Origin: an uncultured Candidatus Binatia bacterium
GTDB taxonomy: Bacteria > Desulfobacterota > Binatia > UBA9968 > JAJDTQ01
Direction: 5' to 3'
DNA length: 64,000 nucleotides
Assembly: GCA_965215605.1 (NCBI GenBank)
Contig: OZ244070.1
Span: 2,080,001-2,144,000 of the forward strand
Part shown: piece by piece, positions 35,635 to 44,101 of the stretch
Layout: each line of letters opens with the position of its first letter
How positions within the stretch are numbered: the first letter of the stretch is position 1
The notes under the pieces: model-generated
Seen by the model: the letters and a program-made list of their open reading frames with translations, nothing else
Databases searched by the model: none
What the model was told of the DNA's origin: nothing
Program-made: the position numbers and the translations under genes

Positions 35635-36356
35635 AGCCTCGCGCACGGTGGAGATCCACGACCGGGGTTCGCCTTGCCTCGTGGTTTCTGGCGTTTGTTT
35701 ACGCTGCGACCCCCGCCCTTGCCGGTTTCATCGAGGGCCGTGACGCGTACGCCAAGGGCGATTACGAGACGGCATATGCTGAGTTCCGCGAGGCCGCGGA
35801 CCGCGGTCATGCCGCGGCCCAGTATCACCTCGGTATGATGTACCGTCGCGCACAGGGGGTGAAGAAAGACCATGCGCAAGCCGCCCGGTGGTACCGCAAA
35901 TCCGCAGAACAGGGCCATGTCAAGGCGCAGTACTGGCTCGGAGTCATGTATCGTAGGGCTTGGGGCATAAAGCAGGATTACGCGGAGGCGGCGCAATGGT
36001 ACCGCCGGGCTGCGGAACGCGGTCATGCCGGAGCGCAGAACAACCTCGGGTATCTGTATAGCGCGGGTAAAGGGGTTGTGCGCGACGCCGTGAAGGCAGT
36101 GGAGTGGTATCGGAAGGCTGCGGAACAGGGTTACCCCATGGGCCAGTTCAACCTCGGGAATATGTTCGCGCACGGTAGAGGTGTCGCTCAGAACGACGTT
36201 GAAGCCTACAAATGGGTCAGCCTGTTCGTGGCGAAGAAGCCGGATAGCCAGCATGCTTGGATACTTGGCCACTTGGAAGAACGCATGACGCAGATGGAGA
36301 TCGTAGAGGCGAAAGAGCGGGCCAGGAACTGGCGCCCAAGCTCCCGCAAGTACTAG
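35631..36356 (+). CDS. Secreted Sel1-like repeat protein (tandem paralog)
   Basis: About four Sel1 repeats; ATGA overlap with the previous gene. Confidence 0.92.
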   Translation: MKPRARWRSTTGVRLASWFLAFVYAATPALAGFIEGRDAYAKGDYETAYAEFREAADRGHAAAQYHLGMMYRRAQGVKKDHAQAARWYRKSAEQGHVKAQYWLGVMYRRAWGIKQDYAEAAQWYRRAAERGHAGAQNNLGYLYSAGKGVVRDAVKAVEWYRKAAEQGYPMGQFNLGNMFAHGRGVAQNDVEAYKWVSLFVAKKPDSQHAWILGHLEERMTQMEIVEAKERARNWRPSSRKY

Positions 36357-36409
36357 CGACGTGCGCCTCAAAGCGTATTCGCCCTGCTTGCTCGCTGCCT
36401 CCTGCCGCC

Positions 36410-36994
36410 GTGGGTGCTACTCGACAAAGATTCGACATCCTCCAGACCCGGACGCCGAAGGCCATCGCCGGGGACGACTTCCGCCCGGCCGCCGTCCTGG
36501 CCCCGATACAGGAACGCCCGGACGGGGACCATCTTGTCCTGATCCTCCGTGCGGACAACCTGAGTTCCCACAGCGGTCAGGTTGCGTTTCCCGGCGGTAG
36601 CGTCGACCCGGCTGACCTCGACGCGTTGGCAACAGCGTTGCGCGAGACCGAGGAAGAGATCGGCGTGGACCCCGGCCACGTGCGCATCCTGGGACAGCTC
36701 GACCAGGTGTTTGCGGGCTACAACTTCCTGGTGACTCCATTCGTGGGGCTGATTCCCTACCCGTATGAGTTCCGTCCCGATCCACGGGAGACGGCGGAGG
36801 TGTTCTCCGTGCCGGTGGCAGCGTTGCTGAGGCAGGAGGCGCTCACGCTCGACTCCCGCCTCTCACAGAGGTCGGAGCCCATCTACCACTTCCAGTATCG
36901 GGAGTGGGACATCTGGGGGGCGACGGCCCGGATGGTCAAGCAGTTGCTCGAGCTCGTCTACGGTTACGAGGCGAGGGCGGCGAGGCCGTGGTGA
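36410..36994 (+). CDS. Nudix CoA pyrophosphatase (NudL family)
   Basis: HSGQVAFPGG, ALRETEEEIG, IWGATA; start uncertain. Confidence 0.88.
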   Translation: MGATRQRFDILQTRTPKAIAGDDFRPAAVLAPIQERPDGDHLVLILRADNLSSHSGQVAFPGGSVDPADLDALATALRETEEEIGVDPGHVRILGQLDQVFAGYNFLVTPFVGLIPYPYEFRPDPRETAEVFSVPVAALLRQEALTLDSRLSQRSEPIYHFQYREWDIWGATARMVKQLLELVYGYEARAARPW

Positions 36995-37030
36995 CAGGGA
37001 GCGGAAGGGAAATCCGCTTTCGCGGGAAGG

Positions 37031-37339
37031 TTAGTCGAGGTCGATGTCCTTGAGGGGCTTCTCGATGGGCTCGTCCTTGGCTTTCTTGAACAGCTCCTGG
37101 AACTTGCGGTCCAGCACCTTGCCCTTGTCCTTTTCCGCGTGGAGGATGTCGCGGTACTTCTGATCGCGCTGGGTCGCTTCTTCCCGGAGCAGGCGGCCGG
37201 CGTCCTTGAGCTCCGGCGCCTTGTGCGTCGGCGGCGGCAGTTCGTGCCGCAGCACCACCGCCAGCGACGGGTCCACGAACAGGGTTGCCCCGCAGCACGG
37301 GCATTCCAGCTTGATGGTCGTGGCTTCCTGGTCCGGCAT
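37031..37339 (-). CDS. Conserved hypothetical protein, zinc ribbon plus coiled coil
   Basis: CPCCGATL, helical C-terminus ending KPLKDIDLD. Confidence 0.75.
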   Translation of the reverse strand: MPDQEATTIKLECPCCGATLFVDPSLAVVLRHELPPPTHKAPELKDAGRLLREEATQRDQKYRDILHAEKDKGKVLDRKFQELFKKAKDEPIEKPLKDIDLD

Positions 37340-37374
37340 GAGGGTTCCCTTGCTGCGCTGCGGCCTGCAGTCTG

Positions 37375-37743
37375 CTAGCCTCGCAGCTCGATCTGCTCGC
37401 CGTCGGGGCCGCCGAAGACGACCCGGCGCCAGCCTTCTTCCCGCGGCTCCCGCGCCGCGGTGCCGTGAGGCGCCCTCAGCAACGGCACGCCGCGCCGTTG
37501 CAACTCCGCGACGGTCTCGTCGAAGCTGTCGGTCTCCAGGCAGAAGTGAAAGCCGGCCATGGAGCCGTCGCTCCGGTGGGTCAACTCCAGTACCGTGTCA
37601 CCCAGCTTGAGGTAAGCGATCTGCATCCCCGCCGTCGCCTCGTGCTGGAAATACTTCCGGAAGCCGAAGTTCTCCTCGTAGAAGGCGATGGTCCGGTCCA
37701 GGTCCGTGACATGCAGGGCTACGTGGTCGATTCTCTTGAACAT
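37375..37743 (-). CDS. VOC/glyoxalase family protein
   Basis: IDHVALHV, FHFCL, GPDGEQIE. Confidence 0.88.
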   Translation of the reverse strand: MFKRIDHVALHVTDLDRTIAFYEENFGFRKYFQHEATAGMQIAYLKLGDTVLELTHRSDGSMAGFHFCLETDSFDETVAELQRRGVPLLRAPHGTAAREPREEGWRRVVFGGPDGEQIELRG

Positions 37744-37850
37744 GCGATATCCTGCCGCGAATATAGCACGATTGCGGTTCGAAGTCGCAAACACGGTCCT
37801 CGCCACTCCCTTGCTTCCCTTGCCTCGAACCTGCACCATGAGTTCCATCC

Positions 37851-38543
37851 ATGCCCGTCTATCGCTTGAGCCGGGAGCTCGCCTTTCCTTCCCCGCAAGA
37901 GGCCGAACCGAGCGGGCTGCTGGCTGTGGGAGGCGACCTGGGCAGCGCGCGCCTCCTGCTGGCGTACTCCATGGGCATCTTCCCTTGGTATAGCCAGGGG
38001 CAACCGATCCTGTGGTGGTCGCCGGACCCGCGGTGCGTCCTCGCCCTGACCGACTTTCACGTCTCCAGGCGGCTGCGGCGCGGCCTGAACCAGGGGAAGT
38101 TCCGGGTCAGTTTCGATGAGGATTTCCGGGGCGTGATCCGCGCCTGCGCATCAGTGGACCGGCCCGGTCAGGAAGGTACCTGGATCACGCCGGAGATGGA
38201 ACGGGCCTACGTCCGCCTTCATGAGGCGGGGCTGGCGCATTCGGTCGAATGCTGGCTCGGCAGGCACTTGGTCGGAGGGATCTACGGCATCGCCCTGGGC
38301 AGGGGTTTCTTCGGCGAGTCGATGTTCCACCGGGAGGCGGACGCCTCCAAGGTGGCGCTGGCGCGGCTCGTGGACCGGCTCGCCGGCTGGGCCTTCCATT
38401 TCATCGATGCGCAGGTTACAACTTCGCATATGCTGAGCTTGGGCGCCCGGGAGGTCCCCCGCACGGCTTTTCTGAAGAGCCTGGAGGAAGCATTGCGCTA
38501 TCCCACCCGGCGCGGAAGCTGGCGGGGCGCTCACGAAGCCTGA
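37851..38543 (+). CDS. aat: Leucyl/phenylalanyl-tRNA--protein transferase
   Basis: GLLAVGGDL, GIFPW, WWSPDPR, FFGESMF, DASKVA. Confidence 0.96.
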   Translation: MPVYRLSRELAFPSPQEAEPSGLLAVGGDLGSARLLLAYSMGIFPWYSQGQPILWWSPDPRCVLALTDFHVSRRLRRGLNQGKFRVSFDEDFRGVIRACASVDRPGQEGTWITPEMERAYVRLHEAGLAHSVECWLGRHLVGGIYGIALGRGFFGESMFHREADASKVALARLVDRLAGWAFHFIDAQVTTSHMLSLGAREVPRTAFLKSLEEALRYPTRRGSWRGAHEA

Positions 38544-38584
38544 ACGCGGAGACACGCGGACGACAGAGAAGGGAGGGGCCTCGG

Positions 38585-38770
38585 ATGGCCACGGTCAAGG
38601 AAGCGTTTACCTACAAGTACCAATCGACCAAGAACTCCGACATCGAGGAGTTCGAGTTCTCGCCGGGAGACGAGGTGGAGGTGGTGAAGGAGTGGAGCAA
38701 CGACATGTGTCTGGTGAAAAACGGCGACGGCGTGGTCTTCAACGTGCCGACGAAGAATCTCGATCTATAG
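38585..38770 (+). CDS. Small SH3-like protein (61 aa)
   Basis: GGAGG RBS; EEFEFSPGDEVEVVKEW...VP pattern. Confidence 0.7.
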   Translation: MATVKEAFTYKYQSTKNSDIEEFEFSPGDEVEVVKEWSNDMCLVKNGDGVVFNVPTKNLDL

Positions 38771-38797
38771 TGCGACCGCAGTCGGGCGGGCCGGCCG

Positions 38798-40030
38798 TCA
38801 CGCGCCGCGGAACTCTTCGGGGAAGAGCCGCACGGCGCTCTCGATGGGCGGGCCGGGCATGTTGATCAGGCTGCAGAACCCCTTCCCCTTGTTGAAGGCG
38901 ATTACCTTCCCGAACTGCTCCGTCAGCGCATCGCTCCCCTCACCCTGCTGAACCTTCTTGATCAGCGCCGCGAGCATGTTGGTCTCCATGCGGCAGGCCG
39001 GACATTGGCCGCAGGACTCTTTCGCGAAGAAGTCCGCGATCCGCGCCACCTCATCCACCACCGAATCGTCCTCGGTGAGGATCTTGACGACGCCGCACCC
39101 GATGGATGAGCCCGCCTCCCGCAAGGAGCCGTGATCCAGCGGCAGGTCGAGGCTGTCCGGCAGCAGGAACCCCGATGACGGACCGCCCGGGAGAATGGCC
39201 TTGATCCGCTTGCCGTCCTTCAGGCCGCCGCCGCATTCTTCCACGAGGTGGCGCAAGGGGGTCCCCAACGGCAGTTCGTAGACGCCGGGCCGTTCCATCT
39301 CGTCCCCCAGTGAAAAGATCATGGTGCCGGGACTGTCGCCGGTGCCGAAGGAGCGGAACCATTCCGGCCCCCTGGCGACGATGGGGGCGATGTTGGCCAG
39401 CGTTTCCACGTTGTTGACCAAGCTGGGCTTGCCGAACAGGCCCTCGGTGACCGGGAAAGGCGGCTTCTGACGGGGCAGGGGCTCCTTCCCCTCGATGACT
39501 TCCAGGGCGGCGGTGTCCTCTCCGGCCACGTAGTTGGACGGCGCGGCCACGATTACGAGCTCGACGGCGAAACCCGAACCGGCGACGTCGTCGCCCCAGT
39601 AGCCCGCCTCCCGGGCTTCGCGCATGGCGGTTTCCACCGCGCCGGTAGCGGCCCTATAGCCGTGGTTGATGTAGAGGTAGGCCTTTTCCGCCCGCACGGC
39701 GTAGGCCGCTAGAATGATCCCCTCCAGGAGGAGGTGGGGAACATTCTCCATGAGCACGCGGTCCTTCTTGCTGCCGGGCTCGTCCTCGCCGCCGTTCATG
39801 ACCACGTAGTGGGGCGTTTCGGGACATTCCAGGGTAAGGGCGAGCTTCCTGCCGGTGGGGAAACCGGCGCCTCCGCGGCCGCGCAGGCCGGAAGCCTCCA
39901 CTTTCGCGATGACGTCCTGGGGGGACAACTCCTTCAGCCGGCCGAGGGCGTCGTAGCCCCCTCGCGAGCGGTAGGCGTCAAGCCCCCCGAGCCCCTCCAC
40001 CACGCCTCGCGGGAACAGGATGCCCTCCAT
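38798..40030 (-). CDS. Stand-alone NuoF-like NADH/FMN-binding subunit
   Basis: GLRGRGGAGFPTG, EDEPGS, YVAGEDTA, NNVETL, ESCGQCPAC. Confidence 0.92.
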   Translation of the reverse strand: MEGILFPRGVVEGLGGLDAYRSRGGYDALGRLKELSPQDVIAKVEASGLRGRGGAGFPTGRKLALTLECPETPHYVVMNGGEDEPGSKKDRVLMENVPHLLLEGIILAAYAVRAEKAYLYINHGYRAATGAVETAMREAREAGYWGDDVAGSGFAVELVIVAAPSNYVAGEDTAALEVIEGKEPLPRQKPPFPVTEGLFGKPSLVNNVETLANIAPIVARGPEWFRSFGTGDSPGTMIFSLGDEMERPGVYELPLGTPLRHLVEECGGGLKDGKRIKAILPGGPSSGFLLPDSLDLPLDHGSLREAGSSIGCGVVKILTEDDSVVDEVARIADFFAKESCGQCPACRMETNMLAALIKKVQQGEGSDALTEQFGKVIAFNKGKGFCSLINMPGPPIESAVRLFPEEFRGA

Positions 40031-40035
40031 GACGG

Positions 40036-40359
40036 CTAAAAGACTCCGGTGTCGAGCAACTGGTAGATGAGTTCCTTGAGAGAGGGGTCGATCTTGTCCA
40101 GCCGGTCCACGTGCGGGCCTCCGGCTAGGTGCGCGACGACGTCGTCAACGTCCTCTTTCTTCACACCGGCGTACCAGAACCTGTCGGGGTAGACGACCAT
40201 GTTGGGGCCTTCCTGGCATGCGCCGAAACACATGTAGGAACGCACCTCCACGTCGTCCAGCCCCTTGGCCGCCACCCGCTCCTGCAGTTCCTTCATCAGC
40301 TCCTCGGAGCCCCGGCTCTTGCAGTCGACATTTTGGCAGACGAGGCAGAAACGATTCAC
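40036..40359 (-). CDS. Thioredoxin-like 2Fe-2S ferredoxin (NuoE-like)
   Basis: CQNVDC...CFGACQEGPNMVVYP. Confidence 0.9.
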   Translation of the reverse strand: MNRFCLVCQNVDCKSRGSEELMKELQERVAAKGLDDVEVRSYMCFGACQEGPNMVVYPDRFWYAGVKKEDVDDVVAHLAGGPHVDRLDKIDPSLKELIYQLLDTGVF

Positions 40360-40384
40360 AGGGTTTTCCTTGCTGGCGGGACGG

Positions 40385-40546
40385 GTTCATTTGAAGAACC
40401 CAGTCCTTGTCCTTGAAAATCTCGCTCAGGACACGCTTGTTCTCGGCGCTGGGAAGCGCCTCGGAAAGATGTTTCTCATATTCCGTCTCGGAGAGCAAAT
40501 TGTCGTCGACGCCGTAGTGAATGCCCGCGTGGTCGTCGATAGAGCG
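40385..40546 (-). pseudogene. Probable C-terminal remnant of a BoxB/PaaA-like diiron epoxidase
   Basis: RSIDDHAGIHYGVDDNLLSETEYEKHLSEALPSAENKRVLSEIFKDKDW resembles BoxB C-termini as recalled; in-frame stop at 40565-40567 upstream and no proper start. Confidence 0.45.
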
Positions 40547-40590
40547 AACGATCGTTCGCTCATGCTATTGCATCGTCGGCCCAAGGTCAA
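40542..40590 (-). promoter_or_regulatory. Sigma70 promoter with perfect 20-bp palindromic operator
   Basis: TTGACC(40590-40585)-17 nt-TAGCAT(40567-40562), immediately followed by GAGCGAACGATCGTTCGCTC (40542-40561). Confidence 0.7.
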
Positions 40591-40725
40591 CCCCCTTGGG
40601 GGAATGGCCGTTTTGCGGCGGCGGATTTCTCCCGCCTACCCTTTCCTTTGGGCCGGATTTGTGAAACAAGAAGAGTTTAAATTCAGTGGTGGCGTCTCGG
40701 GACGCGAAAGCTCAGGAGGCTCGCT

Positions 40726-41760
40726 ATGTTCAGTCGAATCTTACGTGCCGTCATGGTTTCGGCGCTTTTCCTTACGTTGGTTCCGTCGCTTGCCATGGGA
40801 GCGGACGACTTCTTCAAGGGCAAGACCATTCGTTTCGTGGTCGGTTTCTCTCCGGGCGGCGGTTTCGATACCTACACCCGGCTAATTGCCCGCCATTTCG
40901 GCAAAAATGTCCCCGGGAACCCCAGAACGGTGGTCCAGAACCGGACCGGCGCCGGCAGCATGATCGCCGCCAACTACATCTACGCCAAGGCCAAGCCGGA
41001 CGGCCTGACCATCGGCAACTGGATCGGCCCGCTGGTGCTGCAGCACGTGCTCGGCAAGAAGGGCATCAAGTTCGACGGGCGCAAGTTCAACTGGCTGGGT
41101 GTCCCGTCTACCGACGACAACACCTGTGCGCTCACCAAGGCCAGCGGCATCAGCAACGTCAAGGACTGGCTCAACTCCAAGAGGCCGATCAAGATCGGCG
41201 CCACCGGTCCTGGCTCGACCACCGATGACGTGCCCAAGCTGATCAAGGCCGCGACGGACCTGCCGATGCAGGTCATCGAGGGTTACGGCGGTACCGCCCT
41301 CATAAGGCTGGCGGCGGAAAAGGGCGAGATCGACGGCGGCTGCTGGGCGTGGCAGTCCATCAAGCCGACCTGGAGCCAGGGTATCGAAAGCGGCAACGTC
41401 AAGCCGGTCCTCCAGGTGGGTCCCGAAAAGCACGCTGACCTCAAGGACGTGGGGGTGGCATTCGACTTGGCCAAGGGTGACACCGGCAAGAAGCTGTTGG
41501 GGGTGGCCGCTGACGTCTACCGTGCCCTGTCGCGGCCCTACAGCCTGCCGCCCGGAGTGCCCGCGGACCGGGTCAAGACGCTCCAGAAGGCCTTCACGGA
41601 TACCCTGAAGGACCCCGAGCTGGTCGCCGCCGCCAAGAAGTCGAAGGTGGAGTTGAACCCGCAGGACGGCAACTGGGTGGCGAAGAAGATGCAGGGGCTC
41701 TACGATATGGACGACGCCACGTTGACCCTGCTGAAGAAGACCCTGTTGCCGAAGAAGTAG
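40726..41760 (+). CDS. tctC: TctC/Bug substrate-binding protein
   Basis: VGFSPGGGFDTYTRL, GAGSMIAAN, PDGLT; upstream of tctA; AGGAGG RBS. Confidence 0.92.
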   Translation: MFSRILRAVMVSALFLTLVPSLAMGADDFFKGKTIRFVVGFSPGGGFDTYTRLIARHFGKNVPGNPRTVVQNRTGAGSMIAANYIYAKAKPDGLTIGNWIGPLVLQHVLGKKGIKFDGRKFNWLGVPSTDDNTCALTKASGISNVKDWLNSKRPIKIGATGPGSTTDDVPKLIKAATDLPMQVIEGYGGTALIRLAAEKGEIDGGCWAWQSIKPTWSQGIESGNVKPVLQVGPEKHADLKDVGVAFDLAKGDTGKKLLGVAADVYRALSRPYSLPPGVPADRVKTLQKAFTDTLKDPELVAAAKKSKVELNPQDGNWVAKKMQGLYDMDDATLTLLKKTLLPKK

Positions 41761-41771
41761 TTGTGTCTTGG

Positions 41772-41928
41772 ATGGAGGAGATCGTTTCCCGGCAGCGCTC
41801 AGGCGTGATCCGGGCAACGGTTCCCTCCATGTGCCGGATTGGGCGGCTTTGGCGGACTGCCGTCAAGGCCGCCCTGCCGGAGGGCACGCGGGTTGTCTTG
41901 TGTGATTTTCTTCCGATCCATCCGGATC
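41772..41928 (+). other. Structured intercistronic region (three hairpins)
   Basis: ATGGAGG...CCTCCAT long stem, GGGCGGC...GCCGCCC and CCGATCC...GGATCGG stems. Confidence 0.55.
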
Positions 41929-41984
41929 GGTTGCCCGGCCACTCCCTTTCCGGGCTCACCCCTTTTCACTGAAAGTCAGGGATC

Positions 41985-44006
41985 ATGGGCGAAATGGTTC
42001 AGGCCTTCGGGGCCGGCCTAGCACAGGTTTTCACGGCGACCACTTTCACGCTCATGATACTGGGTATCGTGATCGGCTTCGCCGTGGGCATACTGCCCGG
42101 GCTCGGCGGGCCGGTCACGCTGGCGCTGATGCTGCCGTTCATCTTCAAGATGGAGGCGGTGGAAGCGTTTGCCTTCCTTTTGGGCATGTCCGCCGTCACG
42201 GCCACTACGGGAGACATCACCTCCATCCTTTTCGGCATTCCCGGGGAGGCCATTACCGCGTCCACCATCGTCGACGGCCATCCCATGGCCAAGAAGGGGG
42301 AAGCCGGCCGTGCCCTCGGCGCCTCGCTCATGAGCTCCCTCATCGGCGCCGTCTTCGGCGCCTTCGCGCTGGCCCTCGCCATTCCCATCGTCCGTCCGTT
42401 GGTGCTCGCCATCGGTTCCCCGGAGTTCTTCATGCTGGCGCTCCTTGGGGTCACCTTCCTGGCCTCGCTTAGCGGCGAGGCCGTCATCAGGGGGCTCACC
42501 GCCGCCGCCCTGGGGCTCATGCTCGCCACCGTGGGGCTCGACCCCATCTCCGGCATCGAGCGCTTCACCTTCGACAACCTCTATTTATGGGACGGCATCA
42601 AGCTGGTCCCCGTGACCCTCGGCCTGTTCGCCATTCCCGAGGTCATCGAGCTCTGGGTCAAGGGGTCCAGCATCGCGGAGGAGAAGGTCGAGAAGCTGGG
42701 CGGTGTCATGGAGGGCGTCAAGGACACGTTCCGCCACTGGGGCTTGGTGCTGCGCTGCAGCGCCATCGGCACCTACATCGGGGTCATTCCGGGCATGGGC
42801 GGCGCGGTTTCCCAGTGGGTGGCCTACGCTCACGCGGTCCAGACCTCGCCCGACAAGGAGCGCTTCGGCAAGGGGGCGGTGGAAGGCGTCCTGGGTCCGG
42901 GGGCGGCCAACAACTCGAACCTCGGCGGCGCGCTGGTGCCCACCATCGCCTTCGGCGTCCCGGGCAGCGTCACCATGGCCATCCTGCTGGGGGCGTTCAT
43001 CATCCAGGGTCTCGTGCCGGGACCGCCGATGCTGGAGCCCGCCAGTCGGGGAGGGCACCTCGACCTCACGTTCTCGTTCGTGTGGATCGTGGTGGTCTCG
43101 AACATCATCACCGTCTCCGTCTGCTTCATCTTCCTCAAGCAACTGGCGCGTATCACCGAGGTGCGCGGCAGCCTGGTGCTGCCGTTCCTGGTGGTGCTCA
43201 TCTACCTGGGCGGTTTCGCCCAGAACAACGCCTTCGAGGACCTCATCGTGGTGCTGGCCTTCGGTCTGGCGGGCTGGGTCATGGTGCAGCTCGACTGGCC
43301 GCGCCCGCCGCTCCTGCTGGGGTTGGTGCTGGGCTCGCTGGCGGAGAAGAACCTGTTCCTGGCCACGGACAACTACGGCTGGGCATGGGTCGGCTTCCCG
43401 GGCGTACTGGTCATCGGGTCGATCATCCTGGCGGGCATTCTTTATCCGGTCTATCAGCGGCGTCGGGATGCGAAACGGAAACCCGCCGGAGACGTCCCCG
43501 TCGCCGTACCGGAGTTGGAACCTGCTGCCGAGGGCCCAAAGCTTGTCAACGTCTGGCACATCGTCTTCACGGCGGTGCTCCTGGCAGGTTTCGCATGGGG
43601 CGTGTGGGAGGCGAGGGGTTGGGGCTTCCGCGCCAGCCTGTTCCCCTGGGTCATCGGTTTTCCCGGCATCCTGCTCACCCTGGCGCAGATGGAGATCGAC
43701 GTCGCCGGACTTCTGAAGCAACGGAAGGCGCAAGCGCGCGTAGAAGGCGTGAACCCGGTGGTCGCAGGGCGGACGCTGTCCATCGTGGGCTGGATCCTCG
43801 GCTTCTTCGCTTCCATCTGGCTGCTCGGCTTCTCCATCACGGTGCCTCTTTGCACCTTCCTCTTCCTCAAGGTGGGGGCCGGAGAGAAGTGGTTCATCAG
43901 CGTCTTGTTGACGTTGATCGCATGGGCCGGCTTCTACTTGGTCTTCGACTACTCGTTGAGCCTTCCGTTCCCGCCTGGAAGCCTCATCGAGATGTTCACG
44001 GGCTGA
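41985..44006 (+). CDS. tctA: Tripartite tricarboxylate transporter permease, TctA fused to a TctB-like domain
   Basis: GILPGLG, FGIPG, DGHPMA, AANN, GVPGS, QGLVPGP; about 150 extra aa of TM segments ending LSLPFPPG. Confidence 0.9.
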   Translation: MGEMVQAFGAGLAQVFTATTFTLMILGIVIGFAVGILPGLGGPVTLALMLPFIFKMEAVEAFAFLLGMSAVTATTGDITSILFGIPGEAITASTIVDGHPMAKKGEAGRALGASLMSSLIGAVFGAFALALAIPIVRPLVLAIGSPEFFMLALLGVTFLASLSGEAVIRGLTAAALGLMLATVGLDPISGIERFTFDNLYLWDGIKLVPVTLGLFAIPEVIELWVKGSSIAEEKVEKLGGVMEGVKDTFRHWGLVLRCSAIGTYIGVIPGMGGAVSQWVAYAHAVQTSPDKERFGKGAVEGVLGPGAANNSNLGGALVPTIAFGVPGSVTMAILLGAFIIQGLVPGPPMLEPASRGGHLDLTFSFVWIVVVSNIITVSVCFIFLKQLARITEVRGSLVLPFLVVLIYLGGFAQNNAFEDLIVVLAFGLAGWVMVQLDWPRPPLLLGLVLGSLAEKNLFLATDNYGWAWVGFPGVLVIGSIILAGILYPVYQRRRDAKRKPAGDVPVAVPELEPAAEGPKLVNVWHIVFTAVLLAGFAWGVWEARGWGFRASLFPWVIGFPGILLTLAQMEIDVAGLLKQRKAQARVEGVNPVVAGRTLSIVGWILGFFASIWLLGFSITVPLCTFLFLKVGAGEKWFISVLLTLIAWAGFYLVFDYSLSLPFPPGSLIEMFTG

Positions 44007-44017
44007 CGCCGCCACGA

Positions 44018-44047
44018 TTGACAGTGGCCGAGGGATGGGACTAGGTT
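44018..44047 (+). promoter_or_regulatory. Putative sigma70 promoter
   Basis: TTGACA-18 nt-TAGGTT upstream of the LLM gene. Confidence 0.5.
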
Positions 44048-44101
44048 AGGCGTTCAGCCTCGGCAGGCCGCCGTCCGCGCTCGCAAAGGAGATCAATCCG
44101 C

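Noticed and set aside
34774-36356. CRISPR array or non-coding tandem repeat
   Set aside because: The ~108-bp periodicity is explained by coding Sel1 repeats; no repeat-spacer structure or cas genes
38798-40359. Part of a respiratory complex I (nuo) operon
   Set aside because: No other nuo genes flank the pair
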